From positions 1 to 25,530 of IMG/VR virus record IMGVR_UViG_3300037789_000065: DNA of 25,530 nt. One strand, written 5' to 3'. The notes beneath the pieces were generated by a model that did not search any database, was not told the DNA's origin, and worked only from the letters and a program-made list of their open reading frames with translations. Positions within the stretch are counted from its first letter, which is position 1. Each line of letters begins with the position of its first letter. This DNA comes from a virus. Taxonomy: Duplodnaviria; Caudoviricetes. Positions 8,541-16,558 of the stretch are shown here, piece after piece. Position numbers and translations under genes: made by a program.

Positions 8541-9281
8541 ATGAGCAAACTGCCTTCAAAAGACAACATTTCCATTCCAGCCGGTGAAGTTTTCTGGCAG
8601 AAAGATGGCGATGCATTCCCTGTGTCCCTCGGACACACAAGCAAATTCGGCTGGACGCCGAGCGTCGAGTTTGAGCCCGTCGAGGTTTCAACAACTGGCG
8701 TAAAAACGAAAGTCGCAGAACTTGAAAAAGAAGTTTCTGTCGACATCTCTTTGACGCTTCAAGAAATGCGTGCTGACATCATCGCGATGGCGACAGCTGG
8801 TGAAGAGACTGTATACACACAGGCCTCTGTAACCGCTGAAACTGCTGCCCTGGCCGGTGCAACCGCTGGCGCTTTGATGAAGCTCGGGTATCTCGATGTG
8901 ACAAACGTTTCTGTTGAAATCGACGGTGTCGCCGCAACAGAAAACACAGATTACACAGTTCTGGCGGCTGCCGGTCGTGTCATCGTTCGCACTCCTGGTG
9001 ACTATGTTGTGACATTCGACGCACCCGCGATCACTGCTGGCAAATCTGCCATCAAGCTGCTCCAGAAAACTGGTCTCGAAGGTATTTTCACTGTTGTTCA
9101 GAAGAACAAACAGGGCAAGCGTTACATGCTCGAAGACTTCCGCGCCGTGCTGCGTCCTTCTTCTGAATTGATGTTGAACTCTGACGGCTCTGCAATTCTC
9201 AATGTCGAGCTCTCCGGCGCTGGTGTTTACAACGAAGCAAATCCCGCTGCACCTTGGGGCACACTGACAGAACTGTCTTAA
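8541..9281 (+). CDS. Major tail (tube) protein
   Basis: 246 aa, beta-rich (GEVFW, LG....F, ISLTLQEM, DYTV...AGR, LRPSSEL.L), has its own promoter and terminator, high-expression codon bias, precedes chaperone and tape measure. Confidence 0.8.
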   Translation: MSKLPSKDNISIPAGEVFWQKDGDAFPVSLGHTSKFGWTPSVEFEPVEVSTTGVKTKVAELEKEVSVDISLTLQEMRADIIAMATAGEETVYTQASVTAETAALAGATAGALMKLGYLDVTNVSVEIDGVAATENTDYTVLAAAGRVIVRTPGDYVVTFDAPAITAGKSAIKLLQKTGLEGIFTVVQKNKQGKRYMLEDFRAVLRPSSELMLNSDGSAILNVELSGAGVYNEANPAAPWGTLTELS

Positions 9282-9315
9282 TTTTTACTCTCCTTTTGTT
9301 TCGACAGTTTTTGTG

Positions 9316-9349
9316 AGGGCGGCCAAAGTGGCCGCCCTTTTTTCTTTTT
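9316..9349 (+). terminator. Rho-independent terminator after the tail tube gene
   Basis: AGGGCGGCCA 9316-9325 pairs with TGGCCGCCCT 9329-9338, followed by TTTTTCTTTTT. Confidence 0.9.
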
Positions 9350-9352
9350 CGG

Positions 9353-9391
9353 CGCAAACAAAGCGGGGTGTTCGGGCAATAATACATAAAC
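9353..9391 (+). promoter_or_regulatory. Late-promoter motif copy 5 (upstream of tail chaperone/tape measure operon)
   Basis: CGCAAA 9353-9358, 15-nt spacer, GGGCAATAATA 9374-9384, then CATAAAC; directly after the terminator. Confidence 0.8.
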
Positions 9392-9403
9392 ATAGGAGAA
9401 AAC

Positions 9404-9799
9404 ATGTCTGACTTTATCACATCACTTGATGATCTGGCCCCAGTTGTCGACCAGGTCTCAATCGGAGAAAAACAACTTATCGTCAACCCTTTGGATTTGG
9501 CACAAATTGGCGCGCTTATGTATAAGCACAAAATCTTGCGTGATCTTTTCGACGGATCCGAAGAGCGTGAAGTTGATATTTTTGATGCCGTGATGGACGG
9601 TGGAAAGGCGGTCATTTGTGACCTGGTCGATTTTGCCACCGGAATCACTGGGCTTGGCGAGCGACTGACCGGAATCCAGCAAGGCAATGTGATCTTTTCG
9701 TGCTTGTCGATGACGCTTCCCGAAGAAAAAGGGGAGATGAACGATTTTTTGGCACAACTGACAGCTCTCGCGACACGGGCGAAAATGATTCAGGAATAA
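9404..9799 (+). CDS. Tail assembly chaperone (gpG-like)
   Basis: 131 aa between tail tube and tape measure; SD AGGAG; contains a slippery site near its 3' end. Confidence 0.8.
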   Translation: MSDFITSLDDLAPVVDQVSIGEKQLIVNPLDLAQIGALMYKHKILRDLFDGSEEREVDIFDAVMDGGKAVICDLVDFATGITGLGERLTGIQQGNVIFSCLSMTLPEEKGEMNDFLAQLTALATRAKMIQE

Positions 9800-9999
9800 G
9801 CCCCTGGGCGCTGATGGCTGTCGAACTGGAAATGAAGGGTGCTGCAAAAGACGCGATGAAAATGACACCGCGTCAGGCACTCGCAAGATACCGGGCAATG
9901 AATGAAATTGTTCGGAACGACACAAAGAGAAACGCAATCGCTGTTCGTGCAGCACAGGCAGACGATAAAGAATTTGGGAAATGGATGAATGGGCGTTAG
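9404..9999 (+). CDS. Tail assembly chaperone gpGT-like, -1 frameshift product (~198 aa)
   Basis: In-frame T TTT TTG at 9745-9751; the -1 frame (ORF-track 9700..9999) is open to TAG 9997-9999, overlapping the tape-measure start. Confidence 0.75.
9745..9751 (+). other. Programmed -1 ribosomal frameshift heptamer TTTTTTG
   Basis: Codons GAT TTT TTG give X XXY YYZ = T TTT TTG, the same heptamer used by phage P2 E/E'. Confidence 0.75.
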
Positions 10000-12931
10000 A
10001 AACGGTGGATTGAGATTTAACATGGGGGTCGACACAAAGTCGGCTCTCGATTCTCTGCGTGATCTTGAAAACCACCTGCGCGGGATTGGTGACCGTGCAG
10101 ACCAGTCCGAGCAGTCTCTCAATGAAATGTCAGAAGCCGCCCAGGAGGCCGCAAAAGTCGCCGAGGACGCAGCGAAGGAGCAGCAGAAAGCGGCTCAGAA
10201 GCAGCAGCAGGCCGAAGAAGAACTTGCTGATGTTATGGCGCGCAACCAGGGCGTCCGTGGGCGTGCTGCGCAGGAAGAGAGGCAGCAGGCGCGTGAGCGT
10301 GTTCGCTTGCTTCGTGAAGAGGCTCGTGAGCGTGCCAAAATCGCACAAGAAGCAGATCGTCTTGCGCGTCAAGCAAGACGGCAGCAACAGACAAACGATC
10401 CGCAGTTCCAGGCCCGCTCCGCTTTCCGTGAATTGAGTGTCAGCCGCGACCAGGATCTCAACCGTCGCATTGCTCACATCGAAGAATTGAAGCGGCGCGC
10501 ATTGCTTGCTGAGGGACTGACGCAGCAAGAGCGGATCCGTATCGAAGCGTCCGCAAACCGTCAAATTTCGCGTTTGCGCGACCAGATGAACATGGACAAT
10601 TTGAACGGCTCAAATGAAGCGTTCAGAAGACTTGGCATTCGTCGCGCGCAAGATATTCGCAACGAGATCAACCAGGTCCGTGAGCGTGAGCGTCAGGCCT
10701 TGGCTGCGTCGAACTTGACCGCGTCTGAGCGGCTACGGATTGAGCGCCGCACAGCCGCTGAAATTCGTCGTTTGAATCGTCAGCTGGCAGATGCCACAGC
10801 ATCCACTTTCCGCCAGCGTATGCAAGCGGCGGCGAACTCTGTGCGCACGGCCGGACAGTCTATGACGAATATTGGTCAGCAAGCGACGATGAAAGTGTCG
10901 GCGCCGGTTATCGGTGGCTTCGGTGCATCCGTTCGTCAAGCTGCAATGTTTGAGCAACGCATGGGCGGTGTTCGCGCAATCATGCAGGATTTGAGTGATG
11001 AAGATTTTCAGAAACTCATTGACATGGCAAAAGAATTTGGTCGCACAACTCAGTTTTCTGCAAACGAAGTCGCACAGGGCATTGAGATGCTGGCTTCAAA
11101 CGGTTTGAGCGCACAGCAGATTCTTGGCGGTGCATTGAAAGGTGCGATCACAACGACCGCAGCGACGGGTGGTGAGCTCTCAGGCGCCGCTGATTTGATG
11201 ACTGACGTGATGATGCAGTTTGGTGTCAGTGCAGAAGAGATGACACGCGTTGCTGACCAGCTGACCGGCCTGCGCAGCTCTTCAAAATTAACTTTTGACG
11301 ATATGCGACTTGCCTTTGGTATGGGCGGTGGTGTTGCTGGTATGTCGGGTCTTTCTTTTGAAGACTACACGGCTGGCCTGGCTGCGACAGCTTCTATGTT
11401 CACATCTGGCTCGGACGCTGGCACGTCGTTCAAAACATTTATGCTTCGTATGTCGAGCCCGGATTCTGCAAAAGCCCGCGCTGAGGCTGGATTTAATGCG
11501 TTCAGCGTGTCTGATGAAGTCGCGGCCGCAATGGCAGAAGCTGATGCACAAATTCAGCGCGCAAAAGATTTGGTCGAAAAAACAGAAGAAGAATATGACG
11601 CGGCTGCGAAGAGAAGCCGTGACAAGGGCGGTGAGGCAAATAAGACTGCAAAAAACAAAGCAAAAGACCGTTATGACGCTGCAAAAGAAGCGCTTGAAGA
11701 ACTTGTGGCTACACAAGAAAGACTTATTGAAGACGCGCGCCTAAACTCTTCGGACGAAGACGGTGTTTTGAAGTCTTTGCCAGAAATTGCAGATGAACTT
11801 CGCCGCATAACGGCAGGAAAAACACAAGAACAAAAGACTGCAATGCTCGGGAAGATCTTCGGGCAGGACGCTATCCGGACCGCCCTTTCGCTTGCTGAAA
11901 TGGGAAGTGAAGGCGTAATTGCCGCGCGTGAAAAAGTCGGAAAAGGTGACTCAGCCGCCGCAGCTGAAATTCGGATGGAAGGCTTGATGGGTGAGTTGAG
12001 GAAGCTTGCATCTGCGATGGAAGGCTTCGCAATTGCGCTCGCCGAATCCGGTCTCATTCAAGCTATCACTGACATTGTCGTGAAGCTTACAGAGTTTGTT
12101 TCAAGCCTTGCAAAAGCCTCTCCTTTTGCGATGAAGATGATCACATGGGTTGGACTTTTGGTTGCCGCCCTCGGCCCGCTCCTCCTCATCATCGGTCAAA
12201 TCGCAATCGGTTTCTCGCTACTCATGACCGCGATCTCTCTGATTAGCGCTCCAATCTTGCTTGTTGTCGGTATCATCGCAGCAATTGCAGCGGCTATCGC
12301 TTTGCTCTGGGTTTTCAAAGATGACATCGTTAAGATTCTGACTGGAATTGGTGTGTTTTTCACAATAAAAATGAAAGAGCTTTTCACGTCAGCATTCGAC
12401 TGGCTTACAGAAACTAGCTCAAGAGTATGGAGCTCAATCGTCGACGCTATCAAGCAAGCGTTCGCAAGTGCCATCATTTGGATTTCTGAAAAAATCGCGG
12501 CGCTTATCGACATGATTCCAACGAAGGAAGACTTCGGAAAAGCGTGGGATGGTTCAACGATTGGAACAATTGTGAACACTGTAGCGGGATATGCAAACGG
12601 CGTTGTGAACTTGCAAGGTCCTGGCACTTCGACAAGCGATTCAATCCCTGCCTGGCTGTCAAAAGGCGAAACTGTTCACACTGCAAAAGCCACGAAATTC
12701 TGGGGCACTGGATTTATGAACGCGGTTCAAAATATGAACCCGGCCGCTGCGATGATGCCTGTCGCTTCGACTGGCGGCGGGGGTCGTGACCTTCACCCGA
12801 TCACATTGAACATTGGCGGCGGTGCAGTCGATGGTGTCTATGGAACGCCGGACGCTGTTCGTCAACTTCAAAATCATCAATCACAAAAATCTGCTCTTAG
12901 AGTCGTCAAAAAATCGAGAAACTTCAAATGA
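9989..12931 (+). CDS. Tail tape measure protein (TP901-type core)
   Basis: 980 aa, Ala/Gln/Glu-rich helical; FEQRMGGVRA, TTQFSANEVAQG, GSDAGTSFK, KIFGQDA core motifs; hydrophobic segment; C-terminal GPGTSTSDSIPAWLSKGE motif. Confidence 0.95.
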   Translation: MGVRNGGLRFNMGVDTKSALDSLRDLENHLRGIGDRADQSEQSLNEMSEAAQEAAKVAEDAAKEQQKAAQKQQQAEEELADVMARNQGVRGRAAQEERQQARERVRLLREEARERAKIAQEADRLARQARRQQQTNDPQFQARSAFRELSVSRDQDLNRRIAHIEELKRRALLAEGLTQQERIRIEASANRQISRLRDQMNMDNLNGSNEAFRRLGIRRAQDIRNEINQVRERERQALAASNLTASERLRIERRTAAEIRRLNRQLADATASTFRQRMQAAANSVRTAGQSMTNIGQQATMKVSAPVIGGFGASVRQAAMFEQRMGGVRAIMQDLSDEDFQKLIDMAKEFGRTTQFSANEVAQGIEMLASNGLSAQQILGGALKGAITTTAATGGELSGAADLMTDVMMQFGVSAEEMTRVADQLTGLRSSSKLTFDDMRLAFGMGGGVAGMSGLSFEDYTAGLAATASMFTSGSDAGTSFKTFMLRMSSPDSAKARAEAGFNAFSVSDEVAAAMAEADAQIQRAKDLVEKTEEEYDAAAKRSRDKGGEANKTAKNKAKDRYDAAKEALEELVATQERLIEDARLNSSDEDGVLKSLPEIADELRRITAGKTQEQKTAMLGKIFGQDAIRTALSLAEMGSEGVIAAREKVGKGDSAAAAEIRMEGLMGELRKLASAMEGFAIALAESGLIQAITDIVVKLTEFVSSLAKASPFAMKMITWVGLLVAALGPLLLIIGQIAIGFSLLMTAISLISAPILLVVGIIAAIAAAIALLWVFKDDIVKILTGIGVFFTIKMKELFTSAFDWLTETSSRVWSSIVDAIKQAFASAIIWISEKIAALIDMIPTKEDFGKAWDGSTIGTIVNTVAGYANGVVNLQGPGTSTSDSIPAWLSKGETVHTAKATKFWGTGFMNAVQNMNPAAAMMPVASTGGGGRDLHPITLNIGGGAVDGVYGTPDAVRQLQNHQSQKSALRVVKKSRNFK

Positions 12932-14319
12932 CAAAAATGCCATGGAAACTCTTTAAGAATGAATCAGAAATCGTGTTCCCTGAGGGCTCGCGTCGGTTTG
13001 TCAATGTCAATGTGACACAAATCGGAAGCGGCGGCGGTGTTGAGCGTGACATCTATGGGAATGCTGTCTATATGGGCAACCCCGCGTTTCGTCTTCACAC
13101 AGTCGATATCAGCTGCACCGGACAAACGGCGGCGCCCATTTCACAGATTTGGGTCGGTGATCAAGTTGTGCTTTGGTCTCCTGATGAAATTTCTGTCGCG
13201 GGTCCGTCAGCAAATTTGGATCACGACGCTGTCCCAGGCACTTGCTACGGCGTTGACGCGAACGATGTGATCGTCGGATTTGCTGATCCAGTCGATAAAG
13301 CGGTGACAATTTCTGGTGCGGTGTCTATTCGATACCGCCCGATTTTGAACTGCGTCGTTGTGAATAAGAACGCGAACGGACAACAAGGCAAGGCAAACGC
13401 GGGATGGTCTTTGACGCTTGAAGAGATGGCGGGCGGTGAAGAGATTGTTGGATCGATTGATTATATTCAAGCGACTGGCGGTCAGATTGTGGACTACACA
13501 GACGACGACGGCGTAGCCTGGCGTGCTCACATTTTCACAGCGTCGGGTGAGTTTGTTGTCACGACTGGCGGTGAGGCTGATGTTGAGGGCATTGGTGGCG
13601 GCGGCGGTGGTGGTGATGGATATAGCGGGACAGGAGGCGGTGTTGCTGGCGGAGGCGGTGGCGCTGGACAATATTACAGAAATCAGAAGCAAAAAATAGA
13701 AGCCGGAACATGGCCAATAGCCATCGGTGCTGGCGGTGTTTTTAGAACAAACGGAACTGAAACGTCATTTTTGGGCATCACCTGCCTCGGCGGCGGGCGA
13801 GGCGCAAGGGCAGGAACAATACCGTCTGGCTACGGTGGGGGCGGTTTTTCATTTTATCAATTCACTTATTCTCCGGGTGGCACATTTCCCTGCTCGACGC
13901 CTTGGCACAGATCAGGAAATCGTGGCGGACTTGGCAGAGTATCAAGCAACACCTTGTTAGCGGGCGGTGGCGGCGGAGTCTGTGGCTGCGGAGGCGATGG
14001 ATTCGCAGGTTGGCCAAACGATGTTTATCGTTACGACACAAGCCTCATCCCGGGGATTCCATACAGAGCAGCGGGCGACGGCATCTACACCGACATCGCG
14101 GGAGTAGCCGAATACATCGGCGGCGGCGGCGGAGGAGGCAGCAGCTGGACACAAGAGTTGCAGGGTGGCCTGGGTGGCGGCGGAAATGGCGCAATCGGAA
14201 CTGGCAGGGGACACGACGCAACGAGCTACGGCAGCGGCGGCGGTGGAAGCTGGAATAATGCTTCAGCAGGCACCGGCTCAGACGGTCGCGTCGTCATTCG
14301 CTATAAGAGGAAATCATAA
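12928..14319 (+). CDS. Tail-tip protein: ~165-aa N-terminal distal-tail-like domain fused to a glycine-rich domain
   Basis: Follows tape measure; N-domain ends WSLTLEE; C-domain runs ATGG...HIFTASGEF...GGGGGGG...GSGGGG...GSDGRVVIRY, the typical frame of phage glycine-rich domains. Confidence 0.7.
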   Translation: MTKMPWKLFKNESEIVFPEGSRRFVNVNVTQIGSGGGVERDIYGNAVYMGNPAFRLHTVDISCTGQTAAPISQIWVGDQVVLWSPDEISVAGPSANLDHDAVPGTCYGVDANDVIVGFADPVDKAVTISGAVSIRYRPILNCVVVNKNANGQQGKANAGWSLTLEEMAGGEEIVGSIDYIQATGGQIVDYTDDDGVAWRAHIFTASGEFVVTTGGEADVEGIGGGGGGGDGYSGTGGGVAGGGGGAGQYYRNQKQKIEAGTWPIAIGAGGVFRTNGTETSFLGITCLGGGRGARAGTIPSGYGGGGFSFYQFTYSPGGTFPCSTPWHRSGNRGGLGRVSSNTLLAGGGGGVCGCGGDGFAGWPNDVYRYDTSLIPGIPYRAAGDGIYTDIAGVAEYIGGGGGGGSSWTQELQGGLGGGGNGAIGTGRGHDATSYGSGGGGSWNNASAGTGSDGRVVIRYKRKS

Positions 14320-14837
14320 TGAAACAGCGCGTGCATCAACTTGAAAACAATGTCATCGTAAAAAGCTGGGTTTTTCTCGCCGGAATCGATATCGACGATC
14401 CCGCCGTGGCAAAATACAAACTGCCAGGCTTCGACTACATTCTAGAAACAGAAGCCACTCGTCGCGGCTCACCTGGTTATGTCTGGCACCCCGAACGCGG
14501 CTACTTCACAGAGCCCGCGCCTTTCCCATCATGGTCTCTCGACGAAAACAACGAATGGCAAGCGCCAACCCCAAAACCTGCAACCGGCGACTGGGACTGG
14601 AACGAAGACACCCAAACGTGGGATCCGATCATCCAATTCATTGACGTCAATTCAGCAACAGAAACAGAACTCCAAGCTCTCAACGGCGTAGGCCCAAGCA
14701 CTGCAGCGGCAATTATTTTGGAACGAAACGAGAACGGCCTATTTACTTCTTTGTTAAACTTGTCTGTCCGCGTTGATGGCGTAAGTGCCGCTATGGCTGA
14801 CGGATGGACAAATGCTTGCATCGGAGAAACTGCTTAA
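14319..14837 (+). CDS. Trp/Pro-rich tail-associated protein with a C-terminal ComEA-like helix-hairpin-helix domain
   Basis: PFPSWSLDENNEWQAPTPKP...WDWNEDTQTW, then IDVNSATETELQALNGVGPSTAAAII..R..NG.FTS (HhH); TAATG coupling on both sides. Confidence 0.8.
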   Translation: MKQRVHQLENNVIVKSWVFLAGIDIDDPAVAKYKLPGFDYILETEATRRGSPGYVWHPERGYFTEPAPFPSWSLDENNEWQAPTPKPATGDWDWNEDTQTWDPIIQFIDVNSATETELQALNGVGPSTAAAIILERNENGLFTSLLNLSVRVDGVSAAMADGWTNACIGETA

Positions 14838-16558
14838 TGTCTACACCATACATCGCAATTGTTGATGATGAGGAAATTTTTGATCTTCAAACTCACACAC
14901 GCCGCGACCTCTTTCCAACTGATCTCACAATGACTCAAAATGAAGGCGAGTTGTGCTCTGTTGACATGACTGTTGTCAATCCGCAGACACAGCTTTCAAG
15001 CTTCGATGGTCGCCGCGTCATTCTCTCGACAAAAGGCGCCGTTCTTTTCGACGGCGTCATCCAAGGCGTGCCTTACGGTTTGATCGGAAACCAAATGACG
15101 ATCCAGGCGTTCGGAACAACACCGGATCCGGAGACACTTGAAACACAAGTCGCGCTTCTCAAAGAAAGCTTGAAAGTGGCGCCATATTATGACCCGCTTT
15201 TCGTGCCGGATGGAGAAGATGACAACGCAATCGAAATTCTGACCGGCCGTTCGTCTGTTATTTGTCACAGCAGAATCAAGGGCGCGCCCGTTTTGTGTGA
15301 TGCTTTGTCTGGATCCACAACGCTTGAAATCGTGCCGATTCATCAGTCTCTTTCTATCAGCGCTGAAAAGTCAGTCGCTCAAAATTATGGCGTGACTGTC
15401 AGTGCGAAATGGAAACAAAATGTTCGTCAAACACTGGGCGACAACAACGCATTTTTTCAGTTTTCGACACTGACAAAAGACGCGATTATTGAGAACTTTC
15501 CAAAGCTCGGCTCGACAATCGGCTCTGATTTTCGTGTGACTCGCTCTGTTGCAAAAGCCGTCACAAACGGATTTGCAGTGAGCGGAAACGAAACTTTCAC
15601 ACTCAAAAAGCAAGCGACAACGGCGACACTTGATCCGGCTTGGGAAGAAGCAAAAGTCGAAGAAATCGAGTTTAAAAAGACACGACTGGATCTCGATATT
15701 GCAGTTGAGTATCGCTTCGATTTGGAACGCACAGAAACTCTGTCTGTGCTCGCTGAGACTGATATGCAAGCCGGTGTTGTTGTTCAAACTGACGAAATCG
15801 AAGAGCTGAACTTGCGCTCGCTTTCGACACCTGAAACCGCAGATGAATGGGCGTCTGGCACAGACTATCTGATCGGAGACCTGGTCACATATGGAAACTA
15901 CGTCTATACAGCACGGGTTGATCACACATCCGGCGATGAATTTTCTCCGGCAGACTGGACGCAATCTGGTGAGACTTCTTATTTGTCGAGCCAGTCCCTC
16001 TCTTCGTTCTTCAAGTCTGCGCGCGGGCAACAAGCTATCGAGCATATCGAGCAACGCATTCGTTCTCGCGCTCGCATTGCAAGCCGCTGTGTGTATATCG
16101 ACTTTGAAGCAAAAATGCCTCAGAACCCGCACGATGTGACACATGACTGTATGGTGTCTATCACGGCGCCACAGCTCCCAGGCGGCGTCGCTGTCGGCCG
16201 CCTCATCAATTATACTTTGTCTTGGACCGACGGTCGCTGGTCTCTCTCTGGTCAAATCGCTTGTGCGGCTGGATCTGGCGGTGCTGATGACTTCGCGCTC
16301 GGAACGGCAACGGTCAGCACATACACACCGAGCGGCCGGATGTCTGTGAAAGTTGAGAACACAGGCGACGAGCAGCAAGAAATTCTTGAAGGCGCCCAAC
16401 AATTCGACGCTGAGGGTGTCCCGTCCATTTCTGATGTCGAAGTCCCAGAAACAAAAATAACTTTCACAACGACGCCGACTTCTGTGAAATCTTTGGAACA
16501 AGAGGCAGAAGTTCCTATCTCAGGATCAATCGGGCTTCCAAATCAGGTAAATCTATGA
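14837..16558 (+). CDS. Tail hub/tip protein with a small carbohydrate-binding (CBM5/12-like) insert
   Basis: Position; N-terminal ...VLFDGVI hub-like strands; EWASGTDYLIGDLVTYGNYVYTARVDHTS...W motif; ATG 14837 overlaps the upstream TAA (ORF track starts at 14804). Confidence 0.65.
   Translation: MSTPYIAIVDDEEIFDLQTHTRRDLFPTDLTMTQNEGELCSVDMTVVNPQTQLSSFDGRRVILSTKGAVLFDGVIQGVPYGLIGNQMTIQAFGTTPDPETLETQVALLKESLKVAPYYDPLFVPDGEDDNAIEILTGRSSVICHSRIKGAPVLCDALSGSTTLEIVPIHQSLSISAEKSVAQNYGVTVSAKWKQNVRQTLGDNNAFFQFSTLTKDAIIENFPKLGSTIGSDFRVTRSVAKAVTNGFAVSGNETFTLKKQATTATLDPAWEEAKVEEIEFKKTRLDLDIAVEYRFDLERTETLSVLAETDMQAGVVVQTDEIEELNLRSLSTPETADEWASGTDYLIGDLVTYGNYVYTARVDHTSGDEFSPADWTQSGETSYLSSQSLSSFFKSARGQQAIEHIEQRIRSRARIASRCVYIDFEAKMPQNPHDVTHDCMVSITAPQLPGGVAVGRLINYTLSWTDGRWSLSGQIACAAGSGGADDFALGTATVSTYTPSGRMSVKVENTGDEQQEILEGAQQFDAEGVPSISDVEVPETKITFTTTPTSVKSLEQEAEVPISGSIGLPNQVNL

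Noticed and set aside
104-16035. Other GGGCAA half-sites (e.g. 104, 9893, 16025) and lone CGCAAA sites
   Set aside because: The partner box is absent at the 15-nt spacing
15371-16501. 376-aa minus-strand ORF opposite the tail hub gene
   Set aside because: Shadow ORF with atypical Cys/Phe/Arg-rich composition, fully within a coupled + strand operon
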